Part shown: piece after piece, positions 49,466 to 59,600 of the stretch | Layout: each line of letters begins with the position of its first letter | Numbering within the stretch: the first letter of the stretch is position 1 | Notes under the pieces: model-generated | Seen by the model: the letters and a program-made list of their open reading frames with translations, nothing else | The model's database searches: none | What the model was told of the DNA's origin: nothing | Source of the DNA: Bacteroidota bacterium | GTDB taxonomy: Bacteria > Bacteroidota > Bacteroidia > NS11-12g > UBA9320 | DNA length: 64,000 nt | Assembly (NCBI GenBank): GCA_013359235.1 | Contig: JABWCE010000009.1 | Coordinates: 8,796 to 72,795, forward strand | Direction: 5' to 3' | Made by a program: the position numbers and the translations under genes

Positions 49466-51384
49466 TTCTTATTTTTTTTAAACCTAATATTAATCCCTGA
49501 CTCGAAATTGCGGTTTGGCATTGGACGCCATGCAATTTCTGAATAGTTTGTATTCAAAATATTGTTAATTCTCAAAAACAAATCTGTTGTAGTGTTTTTG
49601 TGATTTAAAGTGTGTTTTAATGATGTGTTAAAAATGGTGTAAGCATTGATTTTCTCAGTATTGTCATTACTTGTAAACCTTTTGCTTACTGTAAACGTAT
49701 GGACAATAATTGATGTTTTTGAGATTACAAATGTGATAAATGATGAATGATTGTAAAAGGGCACATAAATAAGTTGCTTACCAAAGTTTTTATCGTTTTT
49801 GTAAATATTCTCTGATTTTATAAAATTTGAGTTAATTCCTAATTGACAATAAGCTTTTTTGGATATTTTAATTTTAATTGAATTTCGCAACTCAAAGCCT
49901 CTGCTATGCACTTTTCCTAAATTGAATGGTGACCATATTTGAGAACTTACAGGTTGCCATTGTATCCAATTATTTATAACTCTGCTGAAATAAGTTGCAG
50001 ATGATGAAACTTCAAAATTCTTATTTTTTTTATTAAAACTTATGCTTTGCTCAAATTGATAACCTGATTCAGGATTTAAAAAAGGATTGCCACCAGGTTC
50101 CCAATACAAATCATTCATAGTAGGCACTCTGTAAACTTTGCCCCATTGCCCGTACAGTACAAAATTATTGTTTATTTTGCTCCTAAAGCCTGCTGAAGGT
50201 ACTATGGGGAGCCATTTTTTCTCGTAAAAATCTTTTCTAAAAATTAAAGATATTTCGGTACGAAAGGGTTTTAGTTTTAAAATTTGACTTCCCCAAAACG
50301 AAATTTGATTTCTTACAGAGTTATTGTATAAAAAATGGTCAATTAATGAAACATTCTCAACCAAAGCAATAGATTTTGTTGCAGTTACACCAAAACCTGA
50401 AACAGATTGGTTGTGTAGGTAATACCTTAATTCAAAATCTCCAATATAAGTGTTATTGTTGGTAATTGAATTTATGTTTTGTTCTATATCATTGTATTTC
50501 AGATAGTCTTTTTGGTTTATTGAACTTAAATTTAAGCTTAGATTATTTATTTTTTTTGACCATTTTAAAGAAATTTTATTAGATTTATCATTTTGAAATG
50601 CCTTTGATTCCTGCATAATCATTGTAGGAGGTATTTGTCTTTCAGAGTGTGTTGTCCAATATGCAATTTTAAATTTGCCTATTTTTTTAACATCAAAATA
50701 CAATTCATCAATTAGTGTAAACATCAGGGTTTTTGCATTCTTCAATTTATATTCAGGGTTATTTTGTTCTGTAATATTTTTAAATGAATAATCATTTTTT
50801 GAAAAAGAATAAAAAGCCTTTAATGAATTTGTGAAATTTCGTTTATTAAAATTGTTTTTAAGTCCGGTATTAATCGAAGAAAAACTGCCGTAAGTCTGCA
50901 AAAATTCTGTGATATTTTCATTTGATTTTGAATTTGAAATATTAATGCCGCCACCAATACTGCCGCTACCTTGAATACCGGAGGGTATTCCCGGATTTAT
51001 TGATATTTCATCAAACAAAAATGAAGGTATAAGGTTAAAATCACATAAACCGTTTATATTATTGTTAAGCGAAAACCCATCCCACGAAACAGATGTTTGA
51101 TATGAGTTTCCACCCCTTAAACTCGAAGTAGAAATATTGCCCGGTCCATAGTTTCTTATCAGCAAACTACCACTAAAATTGAGTACTGACGATAATGATA
51201 GAAATTTGTACGAATTTTTAAAAATACTATCAGCAAAATCTTTTCTCGTGCCAGTTGCAAATGCTTGTTGACGCGATGCATTAATTATTATTTCATCAAA
51301 AGTTTTTTGCAGAGTTGTATCATTTTGCGATTTTAATTGCAAAAAACTTGTTGATAATATTAAAGCAAAAAGTGTTTTTTTCAT
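49462..51384 (-). CDS. TonB-dependent receptor, probable cobalamin importer (BtuB-like)
   Basis: Plug motifs YGPG..ST.S.RG, GSG.IGG.I; barrel motifs YRVPTMNDLYW.PGGNP.L.PE.G, PMP.RNF; ATG at 51384 gives a signal peptide; downstream of a cobalamin riboswitch. Confidence 0.85.
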   Translation of the reverse strand: MKKTLFALILSTSFLQLKSQNDTTLQKTFDEIIINASRQQAFATGTRKDFADSIFKNSYKFLSLSSVLNFSGSLLIRNYGPGNISTSSLRGGNSYQTSVSWDGFSLNNNINGLCDFNLIPSFLFDEISINPGIPSGIQGSGSIGGGINISNSKSNENITEFLQTYGSFSSINTGLKNNFNKRNFTNSLKAFYSFSKNDYSFKNITEQNNPEYKLKNAKTLMFTLIDELYFDVKKIGKFKIAYWTTHSERQIPPTMIMQESKAFQNDKSNKISLKWSKKINNLSLNLSSINQKDYLKYNDIEQNINSITNNNTYIGDFELRYYLHNQSVSGFGVTATKSIALVENVSLIDHFLYNNSVRNQISFWGSQILKLKPFRTEISLIFRKDFYEKKWLPIVPSAGFRSKINNNFVLYGQWGKVYRVPTMNDLYWEPGGNPFLNPESGYQFEQSISFNKKNKNFEVSSSATYFSRVINNWIQWQPVSSQIWSPFNLGKVHSRGFELRNSIKIKISKKAYCQLGINSNFIKSENIYKNDKNFGKQLIYVPFYNHSSFITFVISKTSIIVHTFTVSKRFTSNDNTEKINAYTIFNTSLKHTLNHKNTTTDLFLRINNILNTNYSEIAWRPMPNRNFESGINIRFKKNKK

Positions 51385-51427
51385 GTCTGCATTTGCCTTT
51401 TTTCCCGAAAGCAATACGTTTTATAAT

Positions 51428-51584
51428 TTGAAAACAGACAGGTTTTCTGACTCATTCCGGCAGTTGCAGCCTTCCCGTTTTTGTTTGTTTTACAGTGGCT
51501 TTAAGGTAGCAACTCCTATTAGGAATATACAGCAGCGGGTACTGTCTCCGGTTTTTTTACGGAGTTCCCTATTTCTGTTTTCAA
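51428..51584 (-). ncRNA. Cobalamin riboswitch
   Basis: Minus strand: AATAGGGAA-CTCCG-TAAAAAAAC-CGGAG-ACAGTACCCGCTGCTGTA...GCCACTG...GGGAAG...GAGTCAGAAAACCTGTC (B12 box); closed by 11-bp TTGAAAACAGA/TCTGTTTTCAA. Confidence 0.92.
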
Positions 51585-51587
51585 TTG

Positions 51588-51605
51588 CAAATATATTTAC
51601 ATTTG
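51588..51605. promoter_or_regulatory. Back-to-back divergent -7 elements
   Basis: TATATTTG on the minus strand (51595-51588) directly before the riboswitch; TACATTTG on the plus strand (51598-51605) before the 51666 ORF. Confidence 0.6.
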
Positions 51606-51665
51606 TCAAATAAGCTTTAACGATTAAAAATTATTTTTTTGGAGCAATTAAATTAAACTAATATT

Positions 51666-52178
51666 GTGCTAACAGTTTTGAAAAAGTTTGCTTCATATTT
51701 TCTTACAGCAATTTTTACATTTTATGTTTGCGGTTTTTTTCTGTGTTTTAGTATTAGCAGGGCTTTTATAAGGGCTGAAAGCCACAAACCTTGCAAAATT
51801 TATTATCATCTAAAAGTTTCAAAAAAATTTTATTTTAATAATTTGCATAGAAAAGGTAAGGAAATTGTGGTAAACAATATTTTTTATGACATAAAAGAAA
51901 GAACAGATATTGGTGATTCTATTTCATTAAAAGTGAAATTAGACCTTAAAGAAACCTACTTGTTAAACAATTTGAAGACTTATCTATCGTCAAATAATAA
52001 GAAATCGGAAAACTCGCAAGGCTGGTTGGGCAAAATCATTAAAGATATTTATCTGTTAAGTACTTTTGATTTAGACAGTTTATACGAAAATTCTCAATTA
52101 TTAACATCTTGTTTTTTTCATTCAAAAGTTAAAAAAATAAAGACTGATTTTTTTCAACCCCCCGAATTTATTCTATAA
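51666..52178 (+). CDS. Hypothetical protein with N-terminal TM helix and C-terminal F.PP motif, upstream of a TonB-dependent receptor
   Basis: KEI.....YDI.....GD......D.KE..L and terminal DFFQPPEFIL. Confidence 0.65.
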   Translation: MLTVLKKFASYFLTAIFTFYVCGFFLCFSISRAFIRAESHKPCKIYYHLKVSKKFYFNNLHRKGKEIVVNNIFYDIKERTDIGDSISLKVKLDLKETYLLNNLKTYLSSNNKKSENSQGWLGKIIKDIYLLSTFDLDSLYENSQLLTSCFFHSKVKKIKTDFFQPPEFIL

Positions 52179-52434
52179 TCTAAAGACTTTTCGCTAATGA
52201 ATATAACCTGAAAAAACCATAAGTTGCTTTAAAGTAGCTTTGTTTTGATTTTTTTGGGTTAACCTTGAGTTACTTTAACTCTTTAAAGCAAAATATTGCC
52301 ATTTATTTTGGTAATGTAGCTTGGTTCAACATTTTATTAGGTTGAATTTTGGTTTAACTAAAAAATGAAGAATATTAATTTCTTCATTGTTGGAGTTTTA
52401 TTTTAATTTTTAAACATTTAAAAAAAATAATTAT

Positions 52435-54639
52435 ATGAAAAAAATAATAACGTTAATTTTTATACTAATAACGTTGCAAATACAAGCACAAACAAACACA
52501 AACGATACCATTCGCAAATCGGTAGATTTAGATGAAATTGTAATTTCTGTTAATAAAACCGAAGAAATTAAAAGACATTCATCGTCACAAATTCATGTTA
52601 TTTCATCAAAACAGATAAAATTTGATAATCCGCAAACAAGTGCTGATTTGATTTCAAATACCGGACAAATAATGGTACAAAAAAGCCAGCAAGGAGGCGG
52701 TAGCCCGGTGATAAGAGGCTTTGAAGCAAACAAAATTTTGCTTGTTGTTGATGGTGTAAGAATGAATAATCTTATTTACAGAGGCGGACACTTGCAAAAT
52801 GTAATTACTGTTGACCCCAATATTTGCGAAAGAGTAGAGGTAGTGTTCGGTCCTTCCTCAACCATTTATGGTAGTGATGCACTTGGTGGTTCTATACATT
52901 TTATTACACGCAAACCCGAATATAGAAATGCAAACAACAAAGAAACAAGTATTGGTTTTATGCAGAGATTTTCTTCAGTAAACAAAGGGTTATCCTCAAA
53001 TCTTAATTTTATTTTTCGATTTAAGAAATTGGCAACATTAACATCATTAACATACAACCAATTTGGCGACTTAAAAATGGGAAAGAAAAAGAATATCTTT
53101 TTTGATTCAATCTTTGGTTTGAGAAGAGTTTATGCCGAAAGAATTAATGGAAAAGATTCATCAATAATTAACAGCAATAAGTATGTGCAGGCTCAAAGTG
53201 GTTATAATCAGATTGACTTATTACAAAAATTTGTATTTAAAACAGGTAAAAATGCTGAACACACAGTAAATCTGCAATATTCAAACTCATCTAATGTACC
53301 CCGGTACGACCGATTATCTGAAGTGAAAAACGGTAAACCAAAATTTGCAGAATGGTATTATGGTCCGCAAACAAGATTATTGATGTCATACAATTTGAAT
53401 TTGAAGCCAATTTTTGGATTTGATTTGATGAATTTAAATATTAGCCAGCAAATGGTTAAAGAAAGCAGGATAAACCGCAATTTGGACAGTAATAATCTTT
53501 ATTCAAGGCTTGAAGAAGTAGGCGTAACAGGTGCTAATTTATATTTTCAAAAAAATATAAAAAAGCATAAAATACTCATTGGTTACGATGCACAATTCAA
53601 CACTTTAAAATCTACCGCAAACCGTTCTAATATTGTTTCAAAAAGTATTTCGCCATTGGACACAAGGTACCCCGATGGTAAAAATTTGTTAAACAATAAT
53701 TCAGTATTTGTAGCTCATACATGGTATGCTTCAAACAAAATTACTCTGAACGATGGTATTAGAGCAGGTTTTTCAAAACTCGAATCTGAAATTAATGATA
53801 ATAGTTTTTTTAATTTACCTGTAACAAAAATGGTTCAAAAAAATAAGCCTATTTCGGGAAATTTTGGTGTAGTTTACAATCCGTTTAATAATTTTAAAAC
53901 ATCCTATCAGTTTTCTACGGGGTACAGAATACCAAATATTGATGATTTATCAAAAATATTTGAATCTGCTGATGGTGCGTTAATTATTCCTAATTCTGAT
54001 TTAAAGCCCGAATACACAATAACCAACGAAATAGGTTTTAGCTACAAACCTACAAGAAATATAAGAATAGAAACTGCATTGTGGTACACTAATTATTTTA
54101 ATGCAATAATTACAAGTACTACAACTCTTAATGGCAAAGATTCAGTTTTGTATAATTCTGTAATGAGTCAGGTTTTAACTAATAAAAACACTCAAAAAGC
54201 GTATATAAATGGTGTGTCAGTTTCAGTAAATGCTAATGTTTCAAAATACGTCCAGGTATTTGCCAATTTTTGTACAATGAAAGGGAGAGTAACAACAGAT
54301 GGTGCCGAACAACCCTTAGACCATATTTCGCCTTTTACCGGAAACTTGGGAGCAAGCTATTCTGTAAACAAAATTACAACTGAAGCAATTGTAAATTTCA
54401 ACGGCAAAAAAGCATTATCACAATATTCGAGCAGTGGCGAAGATAATTTGAAATATGCAACACCTATTGGTATGCCAGCATGGGTAATAGCATCAGTAAG
54501 GGCAGGCTATAAAATAAATAAAATGTTTGCTGTTCAGGCAGGTTGCGAAAATATTTTTGATACAAATTACAGGGTATTTTCATCGGGAATTAATGCACCA
54601 GGCAGAAATTTTTATTTTACATTAAGATTTAATTATTAA
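52435..54639 (+). CDS. TonB-dependent receptor (heme/iron-type outer membrane transporter)
   Basis: QKSQQGGGSPVIRGFEAN, VDGVRMNN, GP.S..YGSDALGG, R.PN.DD, EN.FD.NYR.F.SG..APGRN, terminal aromatic residue. Confidence 0.9.
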   Translation: MKKIITLIFILITLQIQAQTNTNDTIRKSVDLDEIVISVNKTEEIKRHSSSQIHVISSKQIKFDNPQTSADLISNTGQIMVQKSQQGGGSPVIRGFEANKILLVVDGVRMNNLIYRGGHLQNVITVDPNICERVEVVFGPSSTIYGSDALGGSIHFITRKPEYRNANNKETSIGFMQRFSSVNKGLSSNLNFIFRFKKLATLTSLTYNQFGDLKMGKKKNIFFDSIFGLRRVYAERINGKDSSIINSNKYVQAQSGYNQIDLLQKFVFKTGKNAEHTVNLQYSNSSNVPRYDRLSEVKNGKPKFAEWYYGPQTRLLMSYNLNLKPIFGFDLMNLNISQQMVKESRINRNLDSNNLYSRLEEVGVTGANLYFQKNIKKHKILIGYDAQFNTLKSTANRSNIVSKSISPLDTRYPDGKNLLNNNSVFVAHTWYASNKITLNDGIRAGFSKLESEINDNSFFNLPVTKMVQKNKPISGNFGVVYNPFNNFKTSYQFSTGYRIPNIDDLSKIFESADGALIIPNSDLKPEYTITNEIGFSYKPTRNIRIETALWYTNYFNAIITSTTTLNGKDSVLYNSVMSQVLTNKNTQKAYINGVSVSVNANVSKYVQVFANFCTMKGRVTTDGAEQPLDHISPFTGNLGASYSVNKITTEAIVNFNGKKALSQYSSSGEDNLKYATPIGMPAWVIASVRAGYKINKMFAVQAGCENIFDTNYRVFSSGINAPGRNFYFTLRFNY

Positions 54640-54781
54640 AGTTCTAAAAAACCTCAATAAAATGAAATTTAATAAATCGCCCCCACTCAATCGAAATATT
54701 ATAACTTTTAAACGATATGAAAACTACTGAAGCTATATCAATGCTATACCTTCGTATTGTTATAGTTTTTATAAATAAAAT

Positions 54782-56548
54782 ATGAAGCAATTTTTCAAAT
54801 TTGTATTAGCGGCAATTACAGCCTACATTATTATTTGTTTAGTTTTTATAATTGTAATGCTTGGAGTAGTTGCATCAATTAGTTCTGAAGATGAAGTGAA
54901 GGTAGAAGATAACACTGTTTTAAAGCTTACATTTAATTATAATATAAACGATCAAGGAGTAGAACAACCCTTTAATTTATTTGGTAATATGGAACCGGAC
55001 ATGGGTAAACCAATTGGTTTAAACGAAATTCTGGCTTCGGTTAAAAAAGCTAAAACAGATTCTAAAATAAAAGGAATTTTTCTCGATTTGAATTTTATTG
55101 GAGCAGGCTTTGCAAAGACAGAAGAGATAAGAAATGCAATTTTAGATTTCAAAAAATCTGGAAAATTTGTAATTGCCTATGCCGAATATTACTACGAAAC
55201 AACATATTACCTTGCTACATGTGCCGATAAAATATACCTAAATCCAGAAGGCGAAATAATGTTTAACGGGCTTTCGGCAAAGGTTACATTTTTTAAAAAT
55301 GCACTCGAAAAACTTGGAATTGAAGTACAAGTTATACGTCATGGTAAATTTAAGGGTGCTGTTGAGCCTTTTATATTAGATAAATTAAGCCCTGAAAACA
55401 AGACTCAAATAAATGAATACCTAAATTCAATTACTTCAAACCTGTACAAAAACATTTCGATAAGCCGTAAAATATCAGAGCAAGAAGTTGAAAATATAGC
55501 TAATAAATGGTTGGTAAGAAACAATAACGATGCTGTAAAATATGGCTTAATAGATGATTTGAAATACAGAGACGAAGTACTTGAAGAAATTAAAAATAAA
55601 TTGGGTATTAAAAATAAAAAGATTAGAGATATAAAATTTATAACTTTAGCAAAATATAAAAAAACAATTACTCAAGAACAAAACAAAGGACCTGAAAAAA
55701 TAGCTATTGTATATGCTTCGGGCGATGTAGTAAGCGGCAAAGGAGAAGATAACCAAATAGGAAGCGATAAATATTCGGCTCTTTTGCGCAAGTTGAGAGA
55801 AGATGACAATGTAAAAGCTGTTGTTTTGAGAATAAACTCACCCGGAGGAAGTGCCCTTGCCAGTGAAGTAATATGGCGTGAACTTAAACTATTGAAGCAG
55901 GAAAAAACTCTTATAGTTTCAATGGCCGAAGTTGCAGCATCTGGTGGTTATTATATAGCAGCACCGGCTGATACTATTGTTGCTCATCCATACACTTTAA
56001 CAGGCAGTATTGGGGTTTTTGGTTTAGTTCCCAATATGCAGAAATTGCTTAATGAAAAACTTGGAATAAATCAAGATTATGTAACAACAGGTGAATTTTC
56101 TGATTTTGGAAGAATAGACAGAAAACTCAAAAATGAGGAAGCTGAAATGGTACAAAATTTAGTTGAAAGAATTTATGACAAATTTTTGACAAATGTTTCA
56201 GAGGGCAGAAAAATACCTAAAAATTTAATTGATTCTATAGGGCAAGGTAGAGTTTGGACAGGTGCCCAAGCCAATAAAATAGGGCTTGTTGATGTTTTGG
56301 GTGGAATTGATAAAGCAATCGAAATTGCAAAATTTAAAACAGGATTTAAAAAAATAAAAATTGTAGAATATCCACATCAAAAAAATCGTTTTGAACAAAT
56401 TTTAGAGCTGATTAATGGAGATGAACAAGCCCGCAATGCTGTAAAATCGGAGCTTGGAGAGTATTACCAGTGGTATTCAACTATCAAATTTTTATCAGAA
56501 TTGAAAGGTGTACAAACCAGAGTGCCTTTTTCTATTGATTTTGAATAA
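54782..56548 (+). CDS. sppA: Signal peptide peptidase SppA (67K type)
   Basis: G.FKGAVEPF, VVLRINSPGGSA.ASE, SM..VAASGGYYI, TGSIGVFG, GRVWTG.QA...GLVD.LGG. Confidence 0.95.
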   Translation: MKQFFKFVLAAITAYIIICLVFIIVMLGVVASISSEDEVKVEDNTVLKLTFNYNINDQGVEQPFNLFGNMEPDMGKPIGLNEILASVKKAKTDSKIKGIFLDLNFIGAGFAKTEEIRNAILDFKKSGKFVIAYAEYYYETTYYLATCADKIYLNPEGEIMFNGLSAKVTFFKNALEKLGIEVQVIRHGKFKGAVEPFILDKLSPENKTQINEYLNSITSNLYKNISISRKISEQEVENIANKWLVRNNNDAVKYGLIDDLKYRDEVLEEIKNKLGIKNKKIRDIKFITLAKYKKTITQEQNKGPEKIAIVYASGDVVSGKGEDNQIGSDKYSALLRKLREDDNVKAVVLRINSPGGSALASEVIWRELKLLKQEKTLIVSMAEVAASGGYYIAAPADTIVAHPYTLTGSIGVFGLVPNMQKLLNEKLGINQDYVTTGEFSDFGRIDRKLKNEEAEMVQNLVERIYDKFLTNVSEGRKIPKNLIDSIGQGRVWTGAQANKIGLVDVLGGIDKAIEIAKFKTGFKKIKIVEYPHQKNRFEQILELINGDEQARNAVKSELGEYYQWYSTIKFLSELKGVQTRVPFSIDFE

Positions 56549-56605
56549 CTTGTTTTTATAATTATATATAAATAATTTCGACTTTTAATTATAAATCATT
56601 TTAGC

Positions 56606-59600
56606 ATGAAAAAGTCGGTTGTATTATTAATTTTTACAATTTTTTCTTTAAATCTTATTGCACAAAAAGAAGCAACTTGGTGGTATTTTGGCAAATATGC
56701 TGGTATTTCATTTACCGGCACCAACAATGCTCCTGTAAACCAAACCAATGGACAGATGAACAATTCTGAAGGGGTTGCAAGTATTTCAAACTCAAAAGGA
56801 CAATTGATTTTTTATACTGACGGTGAATATGTTTACGACCGTACCCATACATTGGTAAATTCAGGTAAAAGATTAAAAGGGCATAACTCTTCTACACAAA
56901 GTGGTGTAATAGTTCAACAACCTGGTAGAGGAAACAGGTATTGGATTTTTACAGTTGATGAAGAATGGGGAAATAATGGATTTCAGTATGCGATTTATGA
57001 TACATCAACAAGAAAATTAGTTCCAAACTTAGATGCCGGCAATTCACCATCAGAAAGTTGCCGTTTGCTTTGCAAATCGCTTAATAACAAATATGCACCT
57101 GAAAAAGTAGCTGCTGTAAAACATTCTAATAAAGTAGATATTTGGATTATCAATCACACGGGGGGCGATAATGATTTTTATGTATATAAATTAAGTGCCA
57201 AAGGTTTAGATGCTCCAATTGTACAATCAATTGGACCCGTTTGGTCAATGACAGGCACAGGGGCAAAAGGGTATTCAAAAGGCTATATGAAATTTTCGCC
57301 CGACGGAACAAAATTGATATGTGCTATTGCCGGACAACAATATGTTGGAATGGGAGGTTATGGTAATAATTCGGGAAGAATTGAAATATATGATTTTGAT
57401 AACGTTACAGGTAAACTCTCAAATGCTCAAATAATTGATAAAAACAATATAAATCCATCAGCAGGAAAAATAAGCTCGGTTTATGGAATTGAAGTATCAC
57501 CCAATGGAAGATATTTGTATGCTTCATTTTATATACCGGCTTGGTCTATTTCTGGTAGTGATGGTGGAGATGGACTATGGCAACTCGATTTACTTGCCGG
57601 AGGTGGTAATGCTGATTCAATTGGTAAGAGTTGCTTAAGAATTGTTAGTTCATTTTCAACCTACTCAGGTGGAGGTATGCAACTTGCACCTGATGGTAGA
57701 ATTTATTTAGCACGTTCGGGCCTGGGTAGCGGTGCAAAATATCTTTCATGTATTCAAAAACCTAATTGTAGAGGCTCTGATTGTTCGTTTGTAAACAATG
57801 CAATTGATATTTCGCCTCGTTCATCGCAATGGGGTGTACCCACATTTATCAATTCATTTTTTAACAAGGCAGAATTTGAATGGGGAAGCAATGCTGCTAA
57901 CCTTTGCGAAGGTCAATTGACAAAATTATTTATTACAGATTCTACAGGTGTTGACTCCGCAAAATGGAATTTTGGAGATACAGCATCAGGCTCATATAAT
58001 ACAGCAAAAGGTTTTACAGTATTTCATAAATTTTCATCTGCTAAAACTTACTCAGTTTTTGTTCAATTATACAGAAAAACTACAAGTCCTGATTGTTACG
58101 CAGATACTGCACGCAAAAAAGTTACAATTTTTCCAAATCCTAAAGTAAATATTGGTAGAGACACTTCTGTTTGCGATGGTGAAAGTATAGTAATGGATGC
58201 AACAACTACCAATGCAACATATATTTGGAGTAATAGTTTTACTACACCTGTAAATTCTGCCTCATCAAAAGGATGGTTTTGGGTAGATGTAAAAGTTGGT
58301 GGCTGCACAACTCGAGATTCACTCTACTTAGATGTATTGCAGTTTCCTGTAATATCGCTTGGTAATGATACTCTTATTTGTGAATATGACAGTATAAAAC
58401 TTACTGCAAATGATGGAACTAAATATTTATGGAGCAAGGGAGATACAACCTCATTAATTTGGGCAAAAGATACAGGAATGGTTTGGTTAAAAGCAAGCAA
58501 TGGACGTTGTAGCACTTTTGACACATTGTATATTAAACATTCAAAAAGACCTTATCTAAATATTGGACAAGATTCATTGCTTTGTATTGGAGATAGTCTT
58601 GAATTAAGTGCAAAAACACAATTTTCAAAATCGTATTTGTGGAATGATAACAGTACTGATTCTGTTTTAAAAGTAAAAGCTTCTGGAATATATTGGGCAA
58701 GAATTAAAGATACCCTTTGTTACAGTAATTACGATTCGGCAAATATTACATTTCAAACAAAATTATCATTTGATATAGGTAAAGATACATTCATTTGCAA
58801 AGGTGGAAGTTTTGTTGTAAATGCAGCATTTTCAGGTATAAAAACATGGAAATGGCATGACAACAGCACCAAATCTACCTACACAGCTACAAATGCTGGT
58901 AAAAAATGGGTAAATGTAACAAATGGAACTTGCAAAGCAAGTGATACTATTGAAATTTTTGAAAACACAATACCTCCTTTTACTCTTGGAAATGATACAA
59001 CTTTATGCAAAGGAGAAACATTTAATCCTCTTTCGTCAGTATTAAAAGATATTGAATATACTTGGATGGGAATATCTGTAACAACAACCTTTCCAATAAC
59101 AAATTCAGGTAAATATTGGGTTGATTTGAGAGATGTTCCTAAAAAAGTTTGCCTATTTTCAGATACAATAAATGTTACTTTTAAAAATGCTACAGTTATA
59201 AATTTGGGAAATGACACATCTCTTTGCAAAAACCAAACAATTGACCTAAATATAGCAAAATATGCCTTCAAAAAATATAAATGGTGGGATGGAAATACAA
59301 GCACAGGTGTTCGAAAAACTACATATTCGCCTGGCACTACAAAATATTGGGTAGAAGGTGATGATGGCGTATGCAAAAGCAGCGATACAATAAAAGTAAC
59401 TTATAGATTGCCATTGAGTTTAAATGTAGGCCCTGATGTGAATTTATGTGATAATGCAACAAAAGATTTTGATTTAACAGGTACACCGGGAGCTACTGAA
59501 TACGAGTGGTTATCAAGCGTTGGTTTATCATTAACCAATATGCCAAAATATACAGTAAATACACCAGGAGGAACTTTTATAGCCAAAATTTCTGATGGTT

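Noticed and set aside
51383-51613. 76-aa plus-strand ORF between btuB-like and the divergent gene
   Set aside because: Overlaps the cobalamin riboswitch on the opposite strand, which explains the sequence
58879-59376. 165-aa minus-strand ORF and similar short antisense ORFs inside long genes
   Set aside because: Fully overlap well-supported genes on the other strand and show no motifs
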